In this document: positions 25,390 to 40,022 of the stretch, piece by piece
Numbering within the stretch: the first letter of the stretch is position 1
Layout of the letters: each line of letters begins with the position of its first letter
Program-made: the position numbers and the translations under genes
Notes under the pieces: generated by a model
The model's database searches: none
What the model saw: only the letters and a program-made list of their open reading frames with translations
Told to the model about the DNA's origin: nothing
Assembly: GCA_050613775.1 (NCBI GenBank)
Contig: JBODTK010000001.1
Span: 2,046,001 to 2,110,000, forward strand
Length of the DNA stretch: 64,000 nt
Origin: Neocallimastix sp. 'constans'
Taxonomy: Eukaryota
Direction of reading: 5' to 3'

Positions 25390-27750
25390 CTCTTCCCTTT
25401 TAATAATAATACTCATTATAAGGATATATCGAACTTTATTCATAATGGTTTAGCTCAAGAAACAATCATTAAGGAATACAACTCTATTCTTTCTTTCCGT
25501 TTTTTGAGGAGGTAGAAGTAGTAGTAGTAGTAGTAATAGTAGTAGTAGAAGTAGTGTAGTAGTAGTAATAATAGTAGTAGTAGTAGAAGTAGTGTAGTAG
25601 TAGTAATAATAGTAGTAGTAGTAGAAGTAGTGTAGTAGTAGTAATAATAGTAGTAGTAGTAGTAGTAGTAGAAGTAGTGTAGTAGTAATAATAATAGTAG
25701 TAGTAGTAGTAGTGTAGTTGTAGTAATAATAGTAGTAGTAGTAGTAGTAGTAGTAGATGTAATGGTAGTAAAATTCTTCAAAAACTGTTAATAATAATCT
25801 AAAGAAAGAATCTGAATCACTCAATTCATATAGAAAAAAAATCATATAAAGCTTTTAAAAGAGAGAATAAGTAAAAAAGAAAAATATCCTATCAAACAAT
25901 CTAACCAATATTACTAAGGAATTAGTTGAAAAATCTATATCCAATCATGCTAGTAATATATCCGAAATTGAAAAAATTCCTCATTTTAATTTTTTGCTAA
26001 TAGTCAGCAAAATCTTTTGGGGATAAATATGTTAATTATAAAAACAAAATACAAGAAACCATTGATAAAATACAAAAAGGTAATGCCCTGTCGAAAAAAT
26101 TAAGTATACCAATGCTTTTCTTCCCATTAACAAAGAAGAAGTTAACTAAGTTCGTAATAGCCAAATCATCACACCGGAATGGTTCAACACTGAGGAAATA
26201 GGCTTTGTAGCAATGCTTCTTATGATAGATTTAGGAAGCAATCTGAACCTAAAAAAGTGAAAAGCTAGCTACGATATTGAAGACTAAATGCTTTCCCTTT
26301 AATAAAAACTACTAATATTCAGATCACCTGAGGAAAGACAAGCTCAGATGAGGTCACGACCATTAGTCTAAGACTATATTTTAAAGATGATCCAAATCAC
26401 CGTACTGGCTGCCGAATTGCTTAAATTCCATAGGGAGCTTTATTAAGACGTCAATAATCATTTCCAAAAATTTTTATCTCCAAGGAGATATATTTATGTA
26501 TATTTCTTTATCAAGAGGAACATTTTAAGTATACCTCTTTTATATCAAGTTGCATAATGTTCCAGAGAAATTTAGAAGCGATAGCATTAATCAATTTTAT
26601 ACCGTCTAAATTAAAGGTAGGAGAAAAAGCTAAATTCAAAATTCTATACCCTTTTTTCTGAGTGAACCCACATCGCTACAAAACGAGCTTTGTGTTCTTG
26701 TATTTGTAAATATTTCCAAATTTATTTTTTTTTTATTTTTTTTTTTTTAATAATAAATATCCATTTAGTGGAAATAGGTGTTTTTCCATTAACAAAGGTC
26801 ATTTGACTTACTATCATAGAAATTATTAAGTTCAGAATTAATTACTTTTATCCAAAATTCTTTTGATTTTCAATTAATTGCTTGTCGATATGTAAGTAAA
26901 GTATCAGTTATAATATTTTTAATAGATGATTCAATATTGTCTAATGTTATCTTCTGTTTTATATATTCTTCAGAAAGTATAGGACTTCCTAGTCTTTTAA
27001 TTGGTTCTTTCTAATTGGTTCTTTTTTTATTATTATTATTATAATTATTAATTTCAAGTTTTCTTTACAATAGTTTAAAACTTTTCTTATTATCATATTC
27101 TAAATCATGATCAAAATGGAAAGATTTTTTTTTCATAAATTGATTGATTGTTTAAATAAGTAAAGATATTAATAATTGTTCTTGGAATATCAGATTTATT
27201 CTTTAAGAAGAATATCCCGCCCTTTCTTATAAATTCATCAATAAAAGTAAAAATATATATATTTTTTTTGCATTGAACGATCAATGTAGAGGCCTTTAGC
27301 AAGTATATTTTCTTCATCCAATATTGAACATCAGAAAATTTCTTCTTTCTATAAAGTGATTTTAACTTTTCCATAATTTTAAAAGAAGTGTCTGGTCCCT
27401 TAACAAACTCAAAAGTTCTCTTTGAGACGTTAGTACAAATAATTGTACATGCAAGAGCATCCTTTGTTTCGGCATCTTTAATTTCGGCTTTAAGGTCTTT
27501 GATTTCCTTGAGAATTTTCATATCCTTATGTTGAATTTCAATTCTGTCCTCAAATTTTTCCTGAAGTTCACCAAGTTCTTTCTTCTTTATGAATTTTTGG
27601 AGTTTCTTGGCCTTGAGAATATTTCCAATTAGGAATTCTCATTCTTCGAAGTTATCCTTATTGAGGTGTTCTTCGGCTTGCAATTTAATTTTTTGTGTTA
27701 TGTCTGTAGAAAATTTTTATAGAGTTGAGATCTCTTAATCTAATAATATT
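25390..27750 (-). mobile_element. Heavily deleted and decayed Ty1/Copia element; boundaries approximate
   Basis: Gag-like DALACTIICTNVS..KIMEKLKSLY, IN-like YIFTFIDEF..FFLKNKSD, then RT-like KARFVA, FTQKKGI and FSPT..WNIMQLDIK (26.5-26.7 kb). IN precedes RT. PPT-like AAAGGGAAGAGG at ~25400-25389. Diverged direct repeats at ~25187-25241 and ~27828-27883 may be LTR remnants. Confidence 0.75.
25511..25770. repeat. Compound (GTA)n microsatellite with higher-order periodicity
   Basis: Directly visible. Confidence 0.93.
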
Positions 27751-27951
27751 TATTTTAATATTTAAAATTTATTTATAATAATGGTTTTTTGGTAATTATG
27801 AAGATTAAAATGTTTGTTTAAATAATTTCATTGTGTATTATTAATAAGCCACAATTAGTATTAATATGATAAATTTTGTCAAAGAATAAAATAATGTATT
27901 TACATAATATAATAATAATTTTAAATATATTTAATAACTTCATATTCTAGC

Positions 27952-28028
<77 letters not shown>

Positions 28029-30132
28029 TTTTCTAAATAACTGTATTTATATTTATATTTTTATTATAAACTATTTTAAAGTAAATTTATGCATTTTCCT
28101 ATAAGAAAAAAAAATTTACTTCAAAATAGTTTATAATAAAATATAAAATTATTATAAAGTATTAAATAGTTTCATTATTCATTGATATTATCTAAATAAA
28201 ATTCAATTTTAATATATCTTTTAAACCAAAAAAGAAAAAAAAAAATTGTTTCTTCTTTATAAGAAAATGAAAGGATATTGTTTTATAGTTTATTTAAAAA
28301 ATTAAATGCATATATTATTATTTTATAAATTAGAATAATTAAAAACTAAAATATATATATTTATAGTTTACAAAATATAATATATTATTTATATTATTAA
28401 AATATGATTTATACTACATGATTAAATGATAATATAATCTATTGTTTTACATTTTAACATTTTAAAATATGGTAATCAATAACATATGTACAATTTTAAC
28501 TACATATTTTACATATTAATGGTAATCTTTACATATTAAACTTGTTTTTTTATATAATTTATAAATTTTCCATATCAACTTCAAAAAAAAAAAAAAAAAA
28601 AAATTCTTTTTTATATATATAAAATTATCATAATTAACATAATAACAATTTTTTAAATAAAAAAAAAAAAATTCTATATTTATTATGCTCTTTTTAATAT
28701 TTATGAAATAATTTTATTAAAAATTTACTCTATCAAATGTGATTTATACACAAATAAAATAAAATTAATAATATCTAAAAAATAATATATATATATATAT
28801 ATATATATAAAGTATTTTTTGGAATCATAGCATTACTATTTATTATTATTAAATAATAATAATAATAATAATAAAACATATAGAGATATTATCATTTATC
28901 ATCTAAAATAATAAATTAAATAAATTTATATTAAGATAATTTTATAAAATATATATATAATATTTTAATATGTCATAAGACGCTTTTCAACAAGATTATT
29001 TTAGTTATTTAAAAATTAAAAATAATATTTCATTAAAATAATAAATGAAATCCCTATTAATTTATTAATTATTTTATCTTATAAACTAAAAAATAAAAAA
29101 TAAGAAATAAAAAAAAATAAAAAGTTATGATAGAATATATAATTATTTTAATTTAAGTTTAAAAAGTAATAATTGAATTAGTATATTTTATACATCTTTG
29201 GTCTTAAAGTTCTTCTATTATTAAATTAATTATAATTATAAATATTGGTTAACTGCTTACATCCTTGTGATATATTTCAAAAAAAACATAAATTAAAAAA
29301 AAAATAAATAATAATAATAATAATAAATAAATAAATAATAAATAAATATATAAATAAATAATTATTATTATTACAATTATAATTATTTAATAAATATATT
29401 TTTTTAAATAAAATTAATTTATTCAATTAAAGCATTTCTTCATATATTTTATTGATCAAGTGTTACCGAAGCATTGGTATCACATGTTATATATATCTAA
29501 TCTAACATATATTAGTTTTTTCTTTTTATTAATATTAATTATGATTTTTTTTTTTTTTTATTAATACACGAATATAAAAAATTTATTAATACTACAAATA
29601 TTTAATTATTAATAATAAAATTTTATTTATATTAAATATTTGATATAAATAATATTAAATTATTTAATTAGAAAAAAAATTAATAACAAATTATATTACT
29701 TTATAATTCTTTTAATTAATTTAATATAGATTACCAGGAATTATTATTAAATTATTTAAAGTCATGTATATGTATTATTCTGAATTTTTTTTTTTTATAT
29801 TATTTGTTTTATACACTTTTTATAATTTTTAATTTTTATTAAGATAAAAAAAAATTTTTTTTTTTTTATAGAAAAGTGTAAAAGTAATTAGTAATAAATT
29901 ATATATTTTATTATTAAATATATAAAATCTAATTATAATAGAATCGAAAATAAAAGAAGAAAGGATATTTTTATATATTATTATAATTATATCTTTTTAA
30001 ATAAAATAAATTCATACTTATCTTTTTTTTTTTTCAAAAAATCAATTAAATTTTAGTTTTTCTTATTTATATATATATATTCAAATTTTTAATTTTTAGA
30101 AAAAAATATATATTATAGTATATATATTATTT

Positions 30133-30163
<31 letters not shown>

Positions 30164-30306
30164 GAAAAAAAAAAAAAGAAAAAACTTTTATAAAGAATAT
30201 ATTATCTTTATCATACCTTAATCATAAATTTTTTTTATTATTACAATACCATATTATTTATTTTTTAATTTAATTTAATACTACTAATCTTATATAATAT
30301 TTCAAA

Positions 30307-33300
30307 ATGTCAAATAATGATAGTAATAAATCACTGAATTTAAATGCCACTGAATTTGTACCAAAAAATTTATCCTCAAAAAATAGAGAAGATAAACCTA
30401 AAAGATACAATAATAGAAATAAAAATAACAATAATAATAATAACAATAATAATAATAGAAATAATAGTGGAAATAATGGTAATAATAATATATATTAATA
30501 ATTGTTTTTAATAATAATATTGATATAATAAATTATGAAATTGAATTTATTAAAAATTATTAAAAAATAATTTATCAATAGTTAATACTATTAAAATATA
30601 CCAATAAAATATCATAATCTTTATACTAATGATGTATAAATGAATTATTTATATTAAATATTTAAAATTAAAATTATTATATATATTAATAGGCCATAGA
30701 TATGGAGGATACAACAATAAAAATAAAAACAATAATAATAGAAGACAAAATAGAAATCAGTATCAACAATCTTCTTTAAACCAATCTTCAACTCAATCTT
30801 TAGAAGTAAATTTAAATTTTTAGAATTAACTATTATTTTTAATATATATATATATATAATCTTCTATTTATTATCTTTTATATAAGAATAATTATAATAG
30901 AAAATTATTTTCATATAAACATTACTTTTAATTATTAAAATATTAATAATAAAATTTATTAAATATATTCTATTATATAATAAAAATTTCATTATATATA
31001 AAAGATTGATGGACCAAGAAACAGAAGAGGTGAAGTTGAATTAACTAATTTAATCAACTTCACATTTCCTGCTCGTCAAAATAATAATCATACAGTTCAT
31101 TATCATAGAAAAAAAAAGGTTTCTTATGAACCTTTTAACAAACAACGTTTCATTAATTCAAAGTAAATGAAATAAAATTTTATTATACCAAATAGATATT
31201 TCAACAATATTTAAATATATATATATATAATATTTGAAAATCTATTACAAATGCAATATTCATGTTATTAATAACTTTTTTTTAACATTGTTTGATTTGT
31301 ATATTAATTATAATGAAAAGTTATCAATTTATTTTGAAATCTGATAAAAATTATGAAAAACATTTACAAGATCCTGATGCATTTATTGAATGGGATAATA
31401 TTCAACAAGTTGTAGGTTTCACTATTATTATTTTTTATTATTATTATTATTATTATAAATATTAGATATTAAATATTAATTATATTTGTAAAATTAATAT
31501 TGATAAAGATAATTCCAACCGCAGAAATTCCTTCATGTCCCATTTGCTTAAATAAACCTATTGTTGGAAAAGTTACTAATTGTGGTATGTTTTTATTATT
31601 ATTATTATTATTATTAAATAGTAAAGTTAATATAATATATAAAATATATTTTTAAAATAAAAAAAATAATTATTAATATTTCCTCTAATAATAAACTTTT
31701 TTTTTTTTTTAATTTAAAAAAATATATATATATTAAAGGCCATTGTTTCTGTTATCCTTGTATTTTACATTATTTAAAAGTGGATTCAAAAGAAAAATAC
31801 AAATCTTGTCCATTATGTCAAGATATTATTACTGAACGTTCTTTAAAGTATGTAAGATTCAGAGAAGTTGAAAAAATTAAACCCGACCCAAATAAAAGAA
31901 TTGAATTCAAATTAATGAAAAGAAAAATGGTAAAAAAAAAAAAAATAAAAAATAAAATAAAATAAAATAAAATAAAATAAAAAAATAATAAAAATAATAA
32001 AAATAATAAAAATAATAATTACTAAGTTATTATTATAACTATATTGCTATTAAATAATCATTAAATAATTAATTAATAAATATATATATTATTTTATTAT
32101 TTATTATTAATTTATTATAAATAATATATATATATATATTAATATTATCAAATATTATAATTATTTAAAATTTAACATTAAAACAATAAATAAATAAATA
32201 AATAAAATAATAATAAAAATAAAAATAAAAAATATATATATATATCTTAGGGTACCTCATTAGCTATTCCAAAATCAACTATAATAAATAATATTTTAAG
32301 AATGCCAAGACCAAATCAAACAGATTTATTACCTTTTGCCAAGTTATTCTATGCTTCATCTAGTTATATCAAAAATGAAATTATTTTACCAGCTTATCAT
32401 GATCTTCAAGAATATCTTCGTGAGGTTGAATCTGAAGAAAAAGCTGCTCGACTTTCAAATATAATTATTGTATCTGAAATACCTTATATTCAAATGGCAA
32501 TTAAAAAAGTTGTTGAAGAATCTAAAATCTATCCAGACATTAATATTGAGGAGGCTCTTAAACTTTTAAGTCAGGAAGAAAAAAAGGAAATCTTTAAGGA
32601 TACTTATGCTTCAAAAATTGCAGGAAAATCAAATGAAAGTACTGCCGAAACTACAAAATCAACAAATACAGCTAGATCAAAATCAGAAACGACCGAAAAT
32701 AAAAAACAAACTATTAAACAATGGGGTAAGGAAATGAATTTAGAAGAAAAAAAATATCAAGAAAAGAAATTAAAAGAAGGTGGTTTTGAACCAGCTTTTT
32801 CAGATGATGAAGAGAACGAATCAGATAAAATAACCAAGGAAAAATCTAAAAATAAAAAATCAAATAACGGTTTTGATGGTGAATTTATTCTTAATAATAA
32901 TAACTTTTATCAAAGCTATAGTGATGAAAGTTTAAATGAAATAAAAGAAGAAGAAGGAAAAGAAGGTAAAATCAATAATAAAAATGATGAAAAAAAAGAA
33001 AAAGAATCTACATTTAGTCAAGTTATACATAATGAAAATGAAGATGGTAGTAGTGATAATAGTGATAATATATATTACTTTTATCAACTAGCAGATGGTC
33101 AACATTACTATCTTCATCCACTCTGTAATAAAATTTTAAAATATGAATATGGTGATTATTCAAATTTCCCAGAAACTATAAGTTGTCGTTTATTAAGTTT
33201 AGAAGAATCTACAATTAATGAAGATATGAGAAAAAGATTTAAGTATCTTAGTCATTTACCATTAACATGTGATATTGTTTTATGTGAAATCTATTTAAGT

Positions 33301-34377
33301 GATATTGTTTCTTCTGCAACCTTTAAAAAATTTAAACGTAAATATTATATATATATATATCAATTTTTTTTTAAAAATAATATATTATTTTATAATCTAA
33401 TATAATAAATGAAATGAAATGTTAAGGAATAAAAAAAAAAAAAAAAAAAAAAAAAGCATATATAATTAATACGATTACTAAAATTACTAAAATTATTACT
33501 ATATATATGATATAAATATATATAAATTTATATATATTAAAAATTTAGCTGAAATAACTCAACTTTCAAAAAAGAGACAACAAAAATTAGCAAAAGAAAA
33601 ACCAAGAAATAAAGATAATAATCTAAAAAATGAATGGATGAATTTGTATAAATCATTAGAAACTTCATCAAATGTAGATGATAATAATAGAAGTCAACCT
33701 TTACTTTATGAACCAGTAAATGATAGTTTATTATATTCAGGTAATAATAAAAAGAAAAGTGATAATAATTCACAAGATTTTGTTCCAGCTGCTCTTTCTC
33801 AAGAGGCAATTGATTTCTTAAAGAATCAACAAAAGAAAAAGGCTGCAAATTCTTTTGCAAAAATTGCTTCTTCTTCATCTTCTTCCACTAATGTTACCTT
33901 TTCACCATGGCAAGGTAAAAAATCAACTACTACCCCAAAAAAGAAGAATTTAATGGTCAATGGTAATGAATGGGTTGTAAGCAAAGATAGTGGTTGGTCA
34001 CTTGATTTTGATGAATTAGTAGATGATGATGATGAAACTAGTAAAAAACAAAAAGAATTAACTATTTCTGATATTATTAATAGTTCTAAAAATAAGAATA
34101 AGAATAAAGGTAAAGGTAAAGATAAGGATAAGGATAATAATAAAGATAGTAAAAGTAATGAATCACAACAATCAAATACCACCACTACTATTATTGAAAA
34201 TCCATCCGAAGAAGATGTAGAATCAACAGATAAAACAAATGAAAATAATAAGGGAAAAGAAGAAGTAGATGCTGCTACTCCTTCCATAGAAGAATCTTCT
34301 TCGAAAAATAATGGAAAATTAGGTAAAAAGAAATCTAAAAAAGTCATTATGATTAGTAACGGTGGACAAAGAAGAAG

Positions 34378-34384
<7 letters not shown>
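30307..34384 (+). CDS. RNF10: RNF10/Mag2-like C3HC4 RING E3 ligase. Exons 30307-30478, 30693-30805, 31005-31162, 31321-31411, 31509-31584, 31739-31929, 32251-33337, 33549-34384.
   Basis: All introns are GT-AG and the frame is continuous. Motifs NLINF, FNKQRFINSNYQFIL, DPD..EWD, CPICL..TNCGHCFCYPCILHYL..CPLC, YYFYQLADGQHYYLHPL, RKRFKYLSHLP. Confidence 0.9.
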
Positions 34385-34432
<48 letters not shown>

Positions 34433-34701
34433 TTTCCTTGTATTAATACTTTAATTAATTCTTTCCTATAATTTATTTATACTCTGTTATTTTTTTTTTT
34501 TGTTGTTTTTTTTTTTTTTTTTGTTTTATTTATTTTATTTTTTTATTTTTATTTTTATTTTGTAGTATTGTTATTATAATTATTAACAATATATATATAT
34601 ATATTCTATTCTTTCTCTTTTTTTTTTTTTCCTTTTTTTTTTTTGGCATTATTATTTTTTTTTCCATTATTCAATTATCTTAATAATCTATTTATATATC
34701 A

Positions 34702-34743
<42 letters not shown>

Positions 34744-35077
34744 TATTATTAATTACGTATATACTTTTTTTTTTTTTTTTCATACATTTCGTACTTTTAT
34801 ATATATATATACTTAAATTATGTTAAATATTATATCAATTTAAATATATATATATATATTTTATATTTTATATAGTATAAAAAAAAATTCTTTTCTTTTC
34901 CTATTTTTAGTATCATAAATTTATAATTTTTAGAATAGAATAAGAAAGAAAGAGAGTTAATAAATAAAAAAAAAAAAAAAAAAAAAAATTTAAGCAAACA
35001 TAATAAACATAAATATGAAATAAAATAAAAATATAAAAATATATATATAAAAAATAAATAAATAAATAAATAAATAA

Positions 35078-35116
<39 letters not shown>

Positions 35117-35713
35117 ATATAATTTCAAAATAAAAGTAATAATAATCCTAACAAAATCGACTACATTACCTTTAATTTTTTAATTATTTCATAATAATAA
35201 TTTTTTTTTTTTATTTCCATTAAAGTTTATATATATTATTTTATATATTATAATTTTTTTTTCTACTTTCGTACTTTTTTAGTATTTATATACTAACATA
35301 TAATAATAATAATAATAAGAAGAAGAAGAAAAAGAAAAAATAAAAAAAAAAAAAATATTATTACTATTTTTTTTTGGTTAGCTTTAATTTTTATTCTATT
35401 TTTTTATTTTTGAAGTCATAATGATCTATGATCTAATTATTATTTAAATAGGTAGTACAATCTGTTTCTCATACTATATTAATATAGTAACAAAAAATAT
35501 ATATATATATTAAAAAGAATAAGTGGCTTTAAAAAGTAAAATTCTTCTACATTTGAAATTTTTTTAATTTTAAAATAAAACTTTTCGGCGCAGCAACTAA
35601 CAATAATAAATATATAACAAATTTTATATTAACAATAGAATTATAATATATTTAAAAAAAATATTTTACATTTAATAACAAATATATATTTTTTTAATTT
35701 ATATTCCATTGCG

Positions 35714-35744
<31 letters not shown>

Positions 35745-35794
35745 TAAAGTAATTATTTATATATATATATCACTTTTAAAAAAAAAAAAAAAAA

Positions 35795-35911
35795 ATGTCT
35801 ACAACTGAAAAAGATACACCAACTACAACTGTTATTGATCTTGCTCAACTCCCTTTAGAGCAACTTCAAGCAGTTAGACAACAAATTGAAGAGGTAAACT
35901 AATTCTTTTAA

Positions 35912-35960
<49 letters not shown>

Positions 35961-37153
35961 TATAATAGTTTTCTTTTTTTTTCTTTTCTTTTCATTACTT
36001 TTTTTTTTTATTTTTGTCCAATAATTATTATTACTATTATAATTATATCAAAACTCTTTGCATAAAATACAATAAAAATTAAAAATAAAATAAAATAAAA
36101 TAAAAATATAATATAATAAAAAGTTTTCCATAAAATTGAAAAGAAATATTGTAATATAAAATTAATAATGTATATTCAATCTTTATGAAATAGCTTGTGG
36201 ATTTTTCTTTATTTAAACAGTAAATCGCATTAATAATTATAATTCTTTATAATTATTTCAGTTTTTATTATTTTATTTTTTTTTTCTAACTAAAAAAAAA
36301 AAAAAAAAAAAAAAAAAACTAAATAAATAAATATTCAATATAATATAAATATAACTAATATAAATAATAATCATTTTTTAAAAAATGGATGATTTAAACT
36401 CGATTTCCTCAAATAACTTTTATAATTAATAATAATAATAAAAAAAAAAAAAAAAAAAAAAAAAATATTTAAAATATATAATTTAAAATTAATTATATTG
36501 AAAAACTTTGCAATATTTATTATTTAAACCTTTAAAAAATAAAAATTATATATAATTTTGATTTAGTATAATAAAAAATTAATTAAAATTATTGTAATAA
36601 ATTATCTTTTTGAATAATGAAAAGAGTATTTATTTTTTAAGTTGAAATAAGCATTTATAAATCTTTTTACTAATAAATTATTTTTATTTATTTTATATAT
36701 AATAAATTTATTATACAATATTTAAATTAAAAAAACTATCTTATTAAATCAGGAAATTCAACATTTGACTGAATCTTATTCTGCTTTAAAATTAGCTCAA
36801 ACTAAATTCAATACTAATATTGATTGTATTAACACTGTAAAAAAAATAGATGAAGGTAGATAATACATCAATCAATTATATTAAAAATAATTTTAATTTT
36901 AAATATATATATTATATATATTAAATGTTCTCATTAACAAATATAAATTATAATTGTAATTATAATTTTTATTAAATTTCAAATAGGAAATAACATTCTT
37001 GTTCCACTTACTGTTTCTATATCCTTTATATATTTTTATATTATATATACAATTTTATTACACTTAACAAAGTTTAAATATATATATACGTAACAATATT
37101 ACCTTAACTTTTATATTATTTTATTATATATATGTATATTATTATTATTATTA

Positions 37154-37188
<35 letters not shown>

Positions 37189-37922
37189 TGGATGCTCTTA
37201 CTTATATGTTCCAGGTCAATTAGTTAACAAAGATAAATTAATTGTTGATGTTGGTACTGGTTACTATGTTGAAAAGGTATTAATAAATTAATAATAAAAA
37301 AAAAATAAAAAAATTTTTTTTTTCTATTTTTATTATCATTTTATAGTAATAATAATAATAATTAAATAATTGTGTCTTCAATTCAATTTTAAATATATAT
37401 ATTTATGTTACATTTATTATTATTCGAATCAGTATTAATACATATATATTTTTATAACATTGTTTTTATATAGAATTTAGATGATGCTAAGAAATTCTTT
37501 GAAAAAAAGAATTCTTTCTTAAAAGATAACTTAAGTAAACTTCAAAAATCTATTATTAGTAGACAAGATCAAAACAAAGGTAATATTTAATATTAAATTA
37601 AGATAAAAAAAAAAATTCATTTATTATTATTATGCATTCATATATAATGTATTATTTTCTAAAGATATTTATAAATATTTTTTTTTTTTTTTTTTAATTT
37701 TATTCATTTGTGATAATTGTATATCTTTATTATTAATGCTATCATAATATTTAACAATAATATATTATATTTCATAATTATTTTATTATATATATTCATT
37801 TTTTAAAAATAATTGAAAAATAAAAAAACATTTACAAAAAATTTCTAATAATAATAGCTATCATTGAAGTACTACAAGTTAAATTAAATGAAGCCCAAAA
37901 GGAAAAAGCTAAGGCTAAATAA
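35795..37922 (+). CDS. PFDN5: Prefoldin subunit 5 (alpha type). Exons 35795-35893, 36753-36855, 36987-37018, 37202-37276, 37474-37579, 37858-37922.
   Basis: Not in the ORF track. Spliced product has IDLAQLPLEQLQAVRQQIEEEIQHLTESY..ILVPLTVSLYVPGQL..VDVGTGYYVEK, the Gim5/PFDN5 signature. Confidence 0.95.
37019..37201 (+). other. U12-type (minor spliceosome) AT-AC intron, 183 nt
   Basis: 5' end ATATCCTTT, branch-like TTACCTTAAC at 37099-37108, 3' end TAC. Removal restores PLTVS/LYVPG in frame. Confidence 0.93.
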
Positions 37923-38634
37923 TTTTTAATATCAAATATACCGAAAATTTAATTATTCAATAATAAATTTTATAAAAATAATACCATCAAATTTTATATA
38001 AAATAATAATAAAAAAAAAAAAAATTATTAAAAAAAAAAAATAAAAATAAAAAAATAAAAGGTAAATTTAAGGAAAATACAATCATTAAATATAATATTA
38101 AACCAAAAATAAAATAATAATAATAATAATAATATGAATTTAAATCAATAAATAAATAATAAAATTTCGATTAATTATTAAAAAAAAAAAAAAAGTGTTA
38201 ACAACAATATTTATATATAGTTTAAATAATTTAATATTAGAAAAAATAATAATTAATGAAATATATTTATTTATAAATATAATTATGTAATTATATAATA
38301 CTACTTGATAGAAAAATTAGTATTAAAAATATCTATCTTTTTCTTTCTTTTTAAAATTATTATTATTTTTATTATTTTATTTTTAATTTTTAATTTTATT
38401 TACTTTTATAATATAAATCTTAAAAATATATAAAAATCTAACAGCATAAAAAAAATAAAAATAAAAATAAATGCAAATCAATAATATCTAAAATAAAAAA
38501 AAAAATAAAAATAAATATTAATACTATTATAATTTTTTTTTTTTTTTTTATAATATTTATAAATTATTTTATTTTAAGTAAATTTTCTTTAATTCTTTTT
38601 TTTTTTTTTGTTTGTTTGTTTGCTTGTTTGCTTG

Positions 38635-38665
<31 letters not shown>

Positions 38666-38735
38666 TTTTTTTTAATTTTGTTTTATTAAAGTTTTAAATA
38701 TTTATTAAATATATATAAAAATTTAATTAAATTAA

Positions 38736-38787
<52 letters not shown>

Positions 38788-38793
38788 TTGCTA

Positions 38794-38867
<74 letters not shown>

Positions 38868-38929
38868 GTTATTATTATTATTATTATTATTACTATTATT
38901 ATTATGATTTCTTTTTAGTAAAATAGATG

Positions 38930-39299
38930 ATAAGTAAAAGTCTTAAATAAATATTTATTATTTTTAAAAATATAGAATAGAAATGAACTATAGGGAACTT
39001 TAGTAAATAAAATATGAACTGTTTTTTCCGGGTCAATTAGGGGTTGATGGAAAAAGATATAGTCTATATCAGGTGTACTAATTAACAATTTTCTGTAACA
39101 CTGTTGATAATTGATTAGTTATCTTTTCATAAATGGCTTCCTGTACAAAGAGAGAAAATACAGAATATTGGAAGGCTAAAGAAAGTGAACCTAATGTTTT
39201 ATATTATTTTAAACTGGATATGTAGTAACATTGGAGTTGTATAATTAATAATATCATGTAGTTATATAGTTTCTACATATTATCATTGTAATGAATCTA

Positions 39300-39330
<31 letters not shown>

Positions 39331-39623
39331 ACCTTATCATTATTTTATTTTATATATGTATTTTTTTATAGTATTATTTAAACTCTCATGTAGCTATTGT
39401 AAAATGAAAATATAAGGGATTGATCCACTCCAAAGCTTGTGTTTAAAACTTTTATTTAACGGATGGGAATCAGAATCTTTTTATAGTTTTTCACTACTAA
39501 CATTTTATTTACCTTTTCATTTTAGTTTATATATGTTTATTTTACAGAAAATTATTATAATATACCGTACTTTCATAATCAATTGGAAAATCAAAAATTC
39601 AAAGAAAAATTAAAAAAAAAAAA

Positions 39624-39668
<45 letters not shown>

Positions 39669-39969
39669 AGAGAAATTATTCATTATGACAAAATATACAA
39701 CTGTCTGTTTTATTTTACTTAAATAAGTATTATCAATAATAGAAAAAGGAAAAAAATTTATCTATATTTATTTTTTTTTTATTTTTTATATTTTTTATTT
39801 TATATTTATATTTCTTAGTTTTTAGTATTTCAGCTTATATTAATTTCATTTTTTATCAATTTAGAATCAAATTCATTATAGAAAAGATATTGACAACACA
39901 AGTTTGATTTTTATCAGTGATATATTCTCATAGTCCAATGCTAAAATGAAGGAATTTATTCACCCTAGA

Positions 39970-40022
<53 letters not shown>

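Noticed and set aside
25450..25845. Poly-T/L/Y ORFs
   Set aside because: (GTA)n microsatellite translations
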